Assembly: GCA_964634895.1 (NCBI GenBank)
Contig: CAZWJS010000001.1
Location: forward strand, 1-52,722
Source of the DNA: an uncultured archaeon
GTDB taxonomy: Archaea; Thermoplasmatota; Poseidoniia; MGIII; CG-Epi1
Direction of reading: 5' to 3'
Length of the DNA: 52,722 bases
How positions within the stretch are numbered: position 1 is the stretch's first letter; each line of letters begins with the position of its first letter. This document shows, piece after piece, positions 1 through 9,238 of this stretch. The notes beneath the pieces are model-generated. The model was not told the DNA's origin and ran no database searches. It worked only from the letters and a program-made list of their open reading frames with translations. Position numbers and translations under genes: made by a program.

Positions 1-26
1 TATTATAAATTCTTTTACCACGAAAT

Positions 27-102
27 TGGTGCAGGCGCCGGGATTTGAACCCAGGTTGAGGGGTTGGAAACCCCTAGTCATACCAGACTAGACCACGCCT
101 GC
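27..102 (-). tRNA. tRNA-Gly (anticodon UCC), 3' CCA encoded
   Basis: The reverse complement folds as a cloverleaf. Acceptor is GCAGGCG/CGCCTGC, the anticodon stem AGGGG/CCCCT carries loop TTTCCAA (UCC), and the T-arm is CTGGG-TTCAAAT-CCCGG, followed by discriminator A and CCA. The 5' end abuts the stop codon of the upstream CDS at 103. Confidence 0.9.
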
Positions 103-2226
103 TTAAACTTGTATTTTAAATTGAGATCCAGGTCCACAGCCTTCAGGAACTTTTACGTTTACTAGTTGACCGCTTGGGGCTTTTATTTGTATTTGCTGTC
201 CGGCCATAACGCCATCAGGTACTGTTACTGTTAGGATAGATGGAGCAGCCGGTGGAGGGACTGGAGCAGGTTGAGGTGGGGCAGCAGGTTGAGGTGGTGG
301 TGTAGTTTGCGGAACAGCAGCCATACTTGGTGGAGCTTCAGGTTGTGGAGGTGCAGCAGCAGGAGGCGGAACTGGAGCAGGTTGAGGAGGTGCAGCAGCA
401 GGTTGTGGAGGTGCAGCAGTAGGAGGCGGAACTGGAGCAGGTTGTGGAGGTGCCATTTGTTGCTGTGGTACTGCAGCCCCCGCTCCTTCCATTCCAGCCC
501 ATTCATCACTAAAGTCATCCACAGAATCGTTAGATGCTCCGAATGCCCCCTTTGCACGTTGATTAAGGAGAAAAGCAGCAGAACTTCCTAAACCAATAAT
601 TAATACAATTGAAACAATCCAAATAGGATCTACTGGAAAATCACTTTCCTCTCCTAATTCTTCAGTTTCAGGGCCAGTAGCCCCTGCACCTGTAGCAACA
701 TTAAAAGTTATTGATACTTCTTTTACGATATCAGGATCGCCTCCAGAAGTAACAGATATTTTCACAACGGCTTGATCACCTGCCGAATCAATAGGTGCCA
801 AGATAGAAACTAAAATTCCTTTTTCTTCACCTGAAGAAAGGCTAAGTCCCCCGCTTGGCATATCGAAAACCCAATCTGACCCTCCCAATGTGGGACTGGC
901 ATCTATGTTAACAACATCATCCACACTTGCTAAATTTTGGACGTAAACATATTTAGAAATCCAAAAAATTTGTCCAGGTTCTAGTAATATTACATCACCT
1001 TCTGGAGTACTAAGAGCAAGATCATATTCACCTTGCACAGATATTTCAAAGTCTAATTCAACAGGATCACCTGCCCCAGAAGAATCACTAGCTATAGCCT
1101 TTACAATTACAGTAATAACTTCTCCAGCTTGAGCGTCTGAGGAAATAGTAATCTTAACATGTGCAGCAGAAAACTCTTCAAAACTATCTAGTGCCCCACC
1201 TCCTGCCTCAAATGCCCATCCTTGCGGTCTATTGCCAATTTGGCCTTTGTACCAGTCTTTCCATTCAATAACGTAGTTTATAGAATCGGACCACTTATTT
1301 AGCAAATTGAAATTAATGGTCAAAATTTCCCCAGGTTCTCCTTTAATCTGGTTTCCAATTACATTTCCGAGTTCTAGTTCTAGCCCATACTTCATTCTAA
1401 CATATGTTGTTAAAACTAAATCATCTTTAGTATCACCTCCCGAATTCTGTGATTTTGCAGTTACAATCACTTCTTTATTCACACCATATGCCGTATCAGA
1501 AGGGGCTGTAACTGTTAGCACTACAGTCGACCAAGAAAAAGCATTTATATTCAAATTAATAGTATCATCTTTATCGTCACCTAATTCAGCCTCCCACCCA
1601 TTAGTCATGGTTGATAAAGAAATTATGAGAGTATCGTCTTTGTTTCCTAGATTCTCAATAAGAAGTGAATAGGTTGTACTTTCTCCAATGCCTACAGATC
1701 CATTTATGTTTCCTCCTACGACTTCTGGGTCAATTTTCACAGAAACACCGGTCTTTTCATTTACATGTATTTGAATAGTTTCATATTGTATATGATCTTC
1801 ATTAGCATCTTCATTGTCCTTACATTTTAGCTTAATTTCCCAAGTACCATATTTAGCATTATTTTCAGCTTCTACTGAAACATTTATTCCACTTCTTATA
1901 GATTCTCCAGAAACATCAATTCCATCTAGTGAAATTGATTTAGAAGATTGACTAGCTTGTCCATCATGGCTCCACCAAGCTTTCAACCCATTACTTTCGT
2001 ACTCAGCCTTGTTAGTAATATCAAGCCTAAAGTCCTTAGGTTCAGATAGAAGGTTCTCAATTTTAATACTTATATTAACTACATTTCCTATATCTACATT
2101 TTCTTCTCCGTTAGTCGGATTGTCGAAATCAAATTCAAATTCATGTTCATCAGCACTTGTATCTCCTAATAAAAGGCTACTACAAACTAGCAAGATGAGT
2201 GTGAAATAGTATCTATCGAAGCTCAT
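103..2226 (-). CDS. Single-pass surface protein: signal peptide, repeated Ig-like (CARDB/NEW3-like) ectodomains, TM helix, proline-rich cytoplasmic tail with a small C-terminal domain
   Basis: 707-aa ORF with an N-terminal hydrophobic signal (FTLILLVCSSLLLG). It has repeated units of about 100 aa with strands such as GESTTYSLLIENLGNKDD and GEPGEILTINFNLLNK. The TM helix WIVSIVLIIGLGSSAAFLL is followed by QRAKG, then APPQPAPVPPP repeats and a 45-aa C-terminal module. Confidence 0.55.
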   Translation of the reverse strand: MSFDRYYFTLILLVCSSLLLGDTSADEHEFEFDFDNPTNGEENVDIGNVVNISIKIENLLSEPKDFRLDITNKAEYESNGLKAWWSHDGQASQSSKSISLDGIDVSGESIRSGINVSVEAENNAKYGTWEIKLKCKDNEDANEDHIQYETIQIHVNEKTGVSVKIDPEVVGGNINGSVGIGESTTYSLLIENLGNKDDTLIISLSTMTNGWEAELGDDKDDTINLNINAFSWSTVVLTVTAPSDTAYGVNKEVIVTAKSQNSGGDTKDDLVLTTYVRMKYGLELELGNVIGNQIKGEPGEILTINFNLLNKWSDSINYVIEWKDWYKGQIGNRPQGWAFEAGGGALDSFEEFSAAHVKITISSDAQAGEVITVIVKAIASDSSGAGDPVELDFEISVQGEYDLALSTPEGDVILLEPGQIFWISKYVYVQNLASVDDVVNIDASPTLGGSDWVFDMPSGGLSLSSGEEKGILVSILAPIDSAGDQAVVKISVTSGGDPDIVKEVSITFNVATGAGATGPETEELGEESDFPVDPIWIVSIVLIIGLGSSAAFLLNQRAKGAFGASNDSVDDFSDEWAGMEGAGAAVPQQQMAPPQPAPVPPPTAAPPQPAAAPPQPAPVPPPAAAPPQPEAPPSMAAVPQTTPPPQPAAPPQPAPVPPPAAPSILTVTVPDGVMAGQQIQIKAPSGQLVNVKVPEGCGPGSQFKIQV
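240..455. repeat. Imperfect tandem DNA repeat (about 60-nt unit) encoding the proline-rich APPQPAPVPPP(A/T)AA repeats
   Basis: aggaggcggaactggagcaggttg[a/t]ggaggtgc occurs at 361-393 and 421-453. A degenerate copy, ggtggagggactggagcaggttgaggtgg, lies at 251-279. Confidence 0.7.
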
Positions 2227-2306
2227 GTGGAGTGAGGTTCTAGCAAGCGCATCATATAAATTTTGCGTTACATAATGTCTTTAAGTGTCATACAAATAAC
2301 TTTTTT

Positions 2307-3125
2307 GTGGAAATAACAGATAACCACTTTCATTTGGACCCTTTTGGAAAGAAAGAATTAGCAGTTAAAGATTTTCTTAGGGCAGGTGGCACACGTTTGG
2401 TTTTGGTGCATAAGCCCTATTCACCTTGGAAAAAATTTGAGGATTTTAAAGCACAAGTAAATATCACTCTTAAGTTATCTAAAAAGGCTCGAGATGTTGG
2501 GGCCAAGGTTGCAGTTGTAGCCTCTCCACATCCAATCCAATTAGTCAAGCTTCTTGATTCTTACGATGTGGAGAAATCCTCAGAAATATATCTTAAAGCA
2601 GTAGATTTTTGTACAGATTTAGTCAGTGAGAATGAAATAGTAGGTTTAGGTGAATTGGGCAGACCTCACTTTGATGTTAAAGAATCAATTTGGGATTTTT
2701 CTAATACTATTTTATTAGAATCATTGTCCAGAGCCAGAGAAGTAGATGCAGCAGTAGTTTTGCATACTGAAACAGGTACATCGGAAGTGATGGCTGATTT
2801 GGCCCAAATTGCAGAAAAAGCTAATTTTCCAAAATCAAGGTTAGTTAAGCATTACGGAGGTCCCGAAGCAATTGATAATCCCTATGGTTTAACAGTATCT
2901 TTGATTTCTTCATCAAGTAATATCGCTCATGCCTCAAAGTTGAAGACTAATTTTATGCTTGAAACCGATTATTTAGACGATCCTAGTAGGCCAGGGGCTG
3001 TAATGGGGCCAAAGACAGTTCCCCGCAAAACTTTCTATTCCCTTGAGAATGATATAATATCTAAAGAACAATTAATTGATATACATACAAATTTGCCAAA
3101 TTTAGTTTATAAGACCTTCACTTAG
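2307..3125 (+). CDS. TatD-family metal-dependent hydrolase (TatD-related DNase)
   Basis: 272-aa ORF with a GTG start. The N-terminal DNHFHLDP metal-binding motif, a later VLHTE and a C-terminal acidic ligand region are typical of the TatD/amidohydrolase fold. Confidence 0.65.
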   Translation: MEITDNHFHLDPFGKKELAVKDFLRAGGTRLVLVHKPYSPWKKFEDFKAQVNITLKLSKKARDVGAKVAVVASPHPIQLVKLLDSYDVEKSSEIYLKAVDFCTDLVSENEIVGLGELGRPHFDVKESIWDFSNTILLESLSRAREVDAAVVLHTETGTSEVMADLAQIAEKANFPKSRLVKHYGGPEAIDNPYGLTVSLISSSSNIAHASKLKTNFMLETDYLDDPSRPGAVMGPKTVPRKTFYSLENDIISKEQLIDIHTNLPNLVYKTFT

Positions 3126-6100
3126 ACTTCAACTTTCTCATCACTTTTTAGTTCCCATTCTAAATTAAGTCTCCATTGTCTACACCAGGCCTCGATAACA
3201 TGCCGTTCATGGTTTTCACCTACAAATTCAGTGATAATCACATCCTTGCCACGTTTAGACATCTTAAATGCACCAGTTGTTCTAGTTGAACTAAATATTA
3301 CGTTACATGCACCTAGACCATATTGTTGTTTCACATCCTCACTTAAGTAATGCGCTAGTCGATCCGCTTGATTTAGAACAAAGCTTCCTTGGAAGAGATG
3401 CCCTTTTACCCTTTCCAAATCTTCTTTTATAATCCAATATAGGGTTTCACTTCCATCTTTCAGAAAGCCTTTAACTAGTACATTTTCTTTTTCTAGTCTT
3501 AATAGTATACTTCTCAATTCAGACATTGGTATTTCACCTTTGAGAAGCATTCCCAGACCTTCAGCAGAAACAATTCCGAAGGATAAAATCAATCTTTTTA
3601 CTACTCTAAATCGGGCTTCTTTAGGTTCATATATTCGATTTACCGGCAAAGTTCGATAGTTGCCTTGAGCAGTTCTCACTAGATTCAATGACTGATACAG
3701 CCTAGCCAAAGATAATTTAAAGGAATCAGGATCCATCCCACTTCTTCTATACAGTTCTTCTCTGGGTAACCCTTTAGAATCAATTGCTAAAGCTAATAGC
3801 CTTCTATCATCAGGTTCAGGTGCTACATTTCTAGCATCACGATAGATTATCGCATCTCTTACAGTACAATATGTTGAATAACCTGGAATCATAACTCCTT
3901 GTACTAGTTCCATCTCGTTTCCATAGTCTCTAGGATGAAAGAAACGCCCTTGTATTCTTAGGGATAATTCATATTCAGATCTAATGCCCCCCATTTCTCT
4001 AAATGCCTCTGAAGCACTTTTGAATCGTCTTTCAGGATGAATCCGTTGCCTCCACAAGAGGTATCCAGAGATGTCTCTTTCTTGATATGATCTATTTATT
4101 ACAGGTCCTTTAATTAACCAATTTCTTATTTTTTGATATCCATTTTTTTCGAATTTTTTAATAATGTCTATATCAAGTTCATCAACTTTGCTACCAGAAA
4201 AAGTTTTTATTCTAATAACATTGCTGTGAAAATTCTCTTGATATCTTGAATATTCATCCAATGCTGCAGTAAATTCATCAATACTTATTTTTGTTTCTAG
4301 CATAACCTCTCGAATATCTAATAAACCAGACATAGCCCATGCTTCCATATAGCCTGCGACCATACCTCCATAAATTATGGGATTTGTCCAAGCTTCACCG
4401 TAAGTTGAATACATTTCTCTTCTAATGTGTGTTAGTATTGGATCTCGCCAAGACACTACGCGTGTTCTTTGTTTTTCGTTCGTATTTTTTATTTTCTCTA
4501 CCTCTTCTTTGAGGCAATATGTAAAAAGTCTAGTTGCGCCAACAACAACAATTTTAGCTACCTTATTTTCCTCTTGTAGTTGATTTAGAATGCTTCTTGT
4601 TATGTTTAGCGGCAATCCACATTCTCTTCTTAATTCCGCAAAAGTAAGCGGTCCAGCACTTTGTAATTGATCAAGCACTAATCTTTTTTCAGGATTCTCA
4701 GGTGATTCGTATTCATTTAAAATTCTATATCTGTTGTGAGTTGTCCATGGATTTCTATGCCTATTATATCTATGAATCATCAGTTTTTCTTCTAGACTTC
4801 TCAGTGCTCCGTCAATCAATTCCGTTCTTACTTCAAGTTCCTTTGCGATTTCACTTTTTGTTAACGGAGGGCTTCTTCTGAGCATGTCAACAATTAAATT
4901 TTGGATTTTTCCTTCAGGTCCTTTTCTAAATAGTGATTGATATATTCCAACTTTGTTTGCAGGCACATATCTTAACTTCCCTGCTAGAAATCGTCCTTGT
5001 AATATTGCATCTGAATCCCTCCATTCCCACCATTCATCTAAGTTTGCTTCTTTGAGTCGATGAAAAGCAGTTCTTGGTGAGGCTACATCACTATGTTGAT
5101 CAAATAGTGTTTGAAGGCTAGAGAACTTACGAAACAATTTTTGATCAATATATTCTCTTAGAATCTTTTCAGGAACTACGTCTATGTTTCCTTGAGCTTG
5201 TGCTTCTAGATAGATTACATCTTCAGCTAAAAGGTATTGTGGTGTGTTTAATCCAAGAACAAAATTCCCTCCCTGTATAGTTCCTTGTTCCTCTAAATCA
5301 TAAAGAGTCTGGTTTACAATATCTTCAGATATATTTAATTCCAATGCGATTTGATCACTTGTGCTTGGCCCTACAAAACCAATGTGCTTTTTTATTAGCC
5401 AATCAAGTGACTTTTCATATGATGCTGTGGCTTCAATATTACTCTTTCTGAAACCATTTGGCATTTTACAGATTAAATAGTTTTTTTCTAATTCTTCGCT
5501 AATCTTCTTTGATTTTATATCTTTAATATTTTTTATTTTGGTATAAGTTTTTTTAGCTTCTTTACTCAATTTTTTCTCAGCACTATAAATTCTTTTGTAA
5601 TAGGGAACTAATTCAGGTATGACAAATAAGCGTTCTTTTTGTCCAGTCCAAACAGATTCTACCTCATTGGTTTCAATCATCTCATGGCACAAATCTTGCA
5701 TTTCAGAATTTGGTAAATCCGACATTCTGTATATAGATTTTTCTTTATCATTCAGAAGATACATTCCTCCAATCTGGCGCAATGACTGTATCAGGCCTTC
5801 TTTAGTTCCAATAATTGGTTTTTTTTCATTAAAGTAACTAAATATCAATTCGTTTTCGAATCTAGGTTTATCGCCTCCATCCTCCTCTAAAACTCTGCCT
5901 AAAACCTGGGCATGTAATTCTCTTAGTAGTGCAGATCGATCTTCCATTAAAACAATATCACTTAAGCCAGATAGAATGAGACTGTGTGATAACGGGGAAG
6001 GTACAGGTTCATATCCTCTATAATTTACAGTTCTAATTCCTTCTTCAATTTCATCTAAAATGAGTTGAGCATTTTTTAAATCAAAGGCATCGTGTAGGAC

Positions 6101-8458
6101 CTCACGATATGCTTCTTCAAGCATTGGAAATGAATCAACTTCATTTATTGCTTCTAGCACTTGGGCAGTTCTCAATTGTTGTCTAGGTAGAGAGATCTCT
6201 CTTCCTTTGTAATTTCTTAGAACCATAAAAGACCGGTTTGCACAATGCCTGAAGCGCTGAGCAAATATTTCTGTATTAGTTATAGCCTTTCTAAGCAATA
6301 TTTCTAGTGATTTTGGTTTTAACCTTTCTACAAGCCCTTCTATTGCTAACCTATTTGGAAATGTTAATAGAAATGCGTCATCACTTAATGATATTCTAAC
6401 ACTACTACCAATTTCCTTCCCAAGTTCGTATGCAAATGCTCGTGCTAAGGCATCATTGACCCTTCTTCCAAAAGGAAAATGAAAAATTGCTCCGCTTCTT
6501 CCTCTGTTATCTATGTATCCCTCGACCATCAGTTCTTTATCCGAGGGAACGAAACCACAAATTTTCTTTTGTTCATTTAAATGTGAAAGAACAGTTTTTG
6601 CAGCCCCTTTATCCAATCGATATTCTTCTTTTAGCCAGTTAAGCATATCATCTTTTGAGTGATTAAGTTTTTCTTCAACTTCAGCTCTAAATCGACCAAC
6701 AGCTTCAGATAAATCAAAAGATCGTGGAAGCATCTCACCAGACCATGATGGAACAGTTGGCTTTCTACCTAATCCATCTTTGACAATTACTGTAGATCTT
6801 TCAGATTTTATGAATTGATAGGTTCTTCCACCAAGAACAAAAATGTCATTTTTAGATAGATTTTCAACAAATTTCTCAGATAGATTCCCTAGTTGTATCC
6901 CCCTTCCTTCTAATACAACAGCATAGTTGATTTCTTGAGGGATAGTTCCAATATTCATATTATAAATCTGCCTTGAACCTCTTTTTATTCCAATTTCTTT
7001 TTCATTCCCTTCATACCAAATTTTAGGATAGACTCCATGTTTTTCTAATTTATTTCCTCCTAGAAAATCTAAAACTTCTAGAAATTCGGTTTTGGACAGA
7101 TTTCTATAAGGATAAGCTGATCTAACTAGTTTATACATTTCATTGGTCTGCCATTTTCTATCTAGAGACATTCCAATTATTGATTGAGCTAAGACATCAG
7201 TAGCTTTTTCAGGTATTGATACACGATCTATACGGCCATCATATGCAGATTTAACTAAAACGGCACATTCAATCAAATCATCTGAATCAAATACAACTAG
7301 TCTTCCTTTTGATATTGCCCTCAATGCATGTCCAGCTCTTCCTATTCTTTGAAGTCCTTTAGCTATAGACTTTGGGGAACCAATTTGAACTACTAAATCA
7401 ACATATCCAATATCAATTCCTAATTCAAGACTTGTTGAAGAAATGACTACATCCATTTCACCTCCCTTGAGTTTCTTTTCTACATCTAATCTCATTTCTT
7501 TAGATAGGGAACCATGGTGCGCTGCTAATTTCTCGATTCCTCTTTCTTTGAGTTGCATTGCGATTGATTCTGTTCCAGCTCTTGTATTTGTGAATATTAA
7601 AGTAGTACGATGATCATTTACTAAATCAACCAAAAGATCATACATTTTCGAATTTATTATTTCAGTGGAATGAAGAGTTAAATTATCAACAGGGCACAAA
7701 ACTTTTAGATCTAAATGCTTTCTTTCTTTAACATCTACAACATTGACTGGTCTTGGTTTTCCATTTTGGTATCCACCTAGGAACCCTGCAATATCTTCGA
7801 TTGGAGCTTGTGTTGCAGATAGTCCAATTCTTACAGGTTCAACATCGATGATTTGAGCTAATCTTTCAACAGATAGGGATAAGTGAGTCCCTCTTTTATT
7901 GTTGGCAAGGTCATGTATCTCATCTAATATGATATATCTTGTCTTTCTAAAGTGGTCTCTAAATTTTTTTGAAGACAACAATAGACCTAAACTTTCCGGT
8001 GTCGTTATCAAAATATGTGGAGGTTTTCTAACCATCCTTGCTCTTTCTTTAAGCGAGGTATCTCCAGATCTCACTGCCACTTTTATATCAGGGACACTAA
8101 TCTCTAATTCTTCTGCTAACTTTATCATTTCTTCTAGTGGTTGTTTTAGATTTCTATCGATATCATTTGCCAAAGCTTTGAGTGGAGAAACATAAATTGC
8201 ATGAACTCCAGTTTCTAGTCCTTCTTCATTGTGTTTTCGAAAAAAGTCATTTAATATGCTCAAAAAGGCAGTTAGTGTTTTACCTGATCCTGTTGGGCTT
8301 GAAACTAATACATTTTCATTGTTGTTAATTAATGGTACAGCCATTGCTTGTGGTGGCGTCAAATCATTGAATTTCTGATTGAACCATTTTCGAAGTAAAG
8401 GTTCAAATTTTTTTAATACTTCAGTTTTGCTTTTTCTATTTGTAATGTAATTAACCAT
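3122..8458 (-). CDS. lhr: Lhr-family SF2 DNA helicase, unusually long (1778 aa), with a large winged-helix-rich C-terminal half
   Basis: The N-terminus (FEPLLRKWFNQKF..TPPQAMAVP) is Lhr-like. Helicase motifs present are motif I SSPTGSGKT, motif II DEIHDL, motif III GLSATQ, HHGSLS, and motif VI QRIGRAGH. About 900 further residues follow the Lhr core. Confidence 0.85.
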   Translation of the reverse strand: MVNYITNRKSKTEVLKKFEPLLRKWFNQKFNDLTPPQAMAVPLINNNENVLVSSPTGSGKTLTAFLSILNDFFRKHNEEGLETGVHAIYVSPLKALANDIDRNLKQPLEEMIKLAEELEISVPDIKVAVRSGDTSLKERARMVRKPPHILITTPESLGLLLSSKKFRDHFRKTRYIILDEIHDLANNKRGTHLSLSVERLAQIIDVEPVRIGLSATQAPIEDIAGFLGGYQNGKPRPVNVVDVKERKHLDLKVLCPVDNLTLHSTEIINSKMYDLLVDLVNDHRTTLIFTNTRAGTESIAMQLKERGIEKLAAHHGSLSKEMRLDVEKKLKGGEMDVVISSTSLELGIDIGYVDLVVQIGSPKSIAKGLQRIGRAGHALRAISKGRLVVFDSDDLIECAVLVKSAYDGRIDRVSIPEKATDVLAQSIIGMSLDRKWQTNEMYKLVRSAYPYRNLSKTEFLEVLDFLGGNKLEKHGVYPKIWYEGNEKEIGIKRGSRQIYNMNIGTIPQEINYAVVLEGRGIQLGNLSEKFVENLSKNDIFVLGGRTYQFIKSERSTVIVKDGLGRKPTVPSWSGEMLPRSFDLSEAVGRFRAEVEEKLNHSKDDMLNWLKEEYRLDKGAAKTVLSHLNEQKKICGFVPSDKELMVEGYIDNRGRSGAIFHFPFGRRVNDALARAFAYELGKEIGSSVRISLSDDAFLLTFPNRLAIEGLVERLKPKSLEILLRKAITNTEIFAQRFRHCANRSFMVLRNYKGREISLPRQQLRTAQVLEAINEVDSFPMLEEAYREVLHDAFDLKNAQLILDEIEEGIRTVNYRGYEPVPSPLSHSLILSGLSDIVLMEDRSALLRELHAQVLGRVLEEDGGDKPRFENELIFSYFNEKKPIIGTKEGLIQSLRQIGGMYLLNDKEKSIYRMSDLPNSEMQDLCHEMIETNEVESVWTGQKERLFVIPELVPYYKRIYSAEKKLSKEAKKTYTKIKNIKDIKSKKISEELEKNYLICKMPNGFRKSNIEATASYEKSLDWLIKKHIGFVGPSTSDQIALELNISEDIVNQTLYDLEEQGTIQGGNFVLGLNTPQYLLAEDVIYLEAQAQGNIDVVPEKILREYIDQKLFRKFSSLQTLFDQHSDVASPRTAFHRLKEANLDEWWEWRDSDAILQGRFLAGKLRYVPANKVGIYQSLFRKGPEGKIQNLIVDMLRRSPPLTKSEIAKELEVRTELIDGALRSLEEKLMIHRYNRHRNPWTTHNRYRILNEYESPENPEKRLVLDQLQSAGPLTFAELRRECGLPLNITRSILNQLQEENKVAKIVVVGATRLFTYCLKEEVEKIKNTNEKQRTRVVSWRDPILTHIRREMYSTYGEAWTNPIIYGGMVAGYMEAWAMSGLLDIREVMLETKISIDEFTAALDEYSRYQENFHSNVIRIKTFSGSKVDELDIDIIKKFEKNGYQKIRNWLIKGPVINRSYQERDISGYLLWRQRIHPERRFKSASEAFREMGGIRSEYELSLRIQGRFFHPRDYGNEMELVQGVMIPGYSTYCTVRDAIIYRDARNVAPEPDDRRLLALAIDSKGLPREELYRRSGMDPDSFKLSLARLYQSLNLVRTAQGNYRTLPVNRIYEPKEARFRVVKRLILSFGIVSAEGLGMLLKGEIPMSELRSILLRLEKENVLVKGFLKDGSETLYWIIKEDLERVKGHLFQGSFVLNQADRLAHYLSEDVKQQYGLGACNVIFSSTRTTGAFKMSKRGKDVIITEFVGENHERHVIEAWCRQWRLNLEWELKSDEKVEV

Positions 8459-8575
8459 GTTTTTTAAAACGGTATCAGAAGGGCAATAGCGAGGGGTGTA
8501 ATAGAGTATGGGTCTGTTTAGATATTAATTTTGAGGTAATAAACTCTTTTTAGGACCCTTCAGTCGCAAATAAGA

Positions 8576-8650
8576 GCCACCGTGGCTAAGGGGTATAGCG
8601 GCGCCTTGGTAAGGCGCAGGTCGTGGGTTCGATTCCCACCGGTGGCTCCA
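8576..8650 (+). tRNA. tRNA-Thr (anticodon GGU), 3' CCA encoded
   Basis: Cloverleaf with acceptor GCCACCG/CGGTGGC and D-arm GCTA..TAGC. The anticodon stem GCGCC/GGCGC carries loop TTGGTAA (GGU), the T-arm is GTGGG-TTCGATT-CCCAC, then discriminator T and CCA. Confidence 0.92.
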
Positions 8651-8651
8651 T

Positions 8652-9236
8652 TTATTCAACGTAATATGCCCTATGGCCTTTAGCCCATTTTGAGATATCA
8701 ATATTTTCAACAAAAACAAAATTTTCCTCTAATCTTTTTTCACAGTTCCTAAAAATTTCGTTTTCTTTTCCTTGTATAGATCTTGACTTTAACATTAATA
8801 GTCCACAATTTGGTTTGTAATATGCGTAATTTCTCAAAAAAATATCTAGTTGGTCTCTTTGTGCAATATCTTGATAAATAATATCAGGTTTGTTTGTGTG
8901 TAATTTATATTTTCTGGGGAAATGGGCATCTTCTAGACATGGAATTATATTTTTCTTTTTTTCCACCAACAAAAGTAGTTCAGCCATAGCAATAGGAGAA
9001 ATATCAACTGCAATTATTCGACCCTGGTGACATATATCACTAATAAATCTGACTGTATTTCCCTCAGCAGCTCCTAGATAAAGAACAATTTTTTTATCAG
9101 TGAATGGCCATTTTTTCCCACCACCTAAAATGTATGCTGATAATTTAGATTTGTATGGATTCCAATTTATCCATTTGTTTCCTTTTTTTAATTCCAATAA
9201 ACTTTTTTTCTTTCTTAATCCCTTAGGCAGAGTCAT
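8652..9236 (-). CDS. flpA: Fibrillarin-like rRNA/tRNA 2'-O-methyltransferase
   Basis: The 194-aa product carries YKSKLSAYILGG, the SAM motif VLYLGAAEGNTVRFISDI, IIYQDIAQRDQ and LMLKSRSI. These are collinear with archaeal fibrillarin. Confidence 0.85.
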   Translation of the reverse strand: MTLPKGLRKKKSLLELKKGNKWINWNPYKSKLSAYILGGGKKWPFTDKKIVLYLGAAEGNTVRFISDICHQGRIIAVDISPIAMAELLLLVEKKKNIIPCLEDAHFPRKYKLHTNKPDIIYQDIAQRDQLDIFLRNYAYYKPNCGLLMLKSRSIQGKENEIFRNCEKRLEENFVFVENIDISKWAKGHRAYYVE

Positions 9237-9238
9237 TC

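Noticed and set aside
231-591. Two ORFs of more than 100 aa (231-557 minus, 271-591 plus) overlapping the 3' part of the 707-aa gene
   Set aside because: They lie in the tandem GC-rich repeat that encodes the proline-rich tail. Repeats of this composition stay open in several frames. Their products are low-complexity L/R/H/W strings, and the frame of the 707-aa gene is continuous with a coherent domain architecture.
3122-8458. An intein as the explanation for the large size of Lhr (also considered for Top6B and GyrA)
   Set aside because: Helicase motifs I-VI are contiguous at normal spacing. No intein block A/B (TxxH) or terminal HN-[CST] signatures interrupt the catalytic domains. The extra length is terminal extension.
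8459-8575. A possible C/D-box sRNA or other ncRNA in the spacer between the Lhr start and tRNA-Thr, near fibrillarin
   Set aside because: No C box (RUGAUGA) with a D box (CUGA) in the right arrangement occurs on either strand. The spacer more likely holds the Lhr and tRNA promoters.
8525-8719. 64-aa ORF on the minus strand
   Set aside because: It runs straight through the well-folded tRNA-Thr gene and into the fibrillarin 3' end, so it is spurious.
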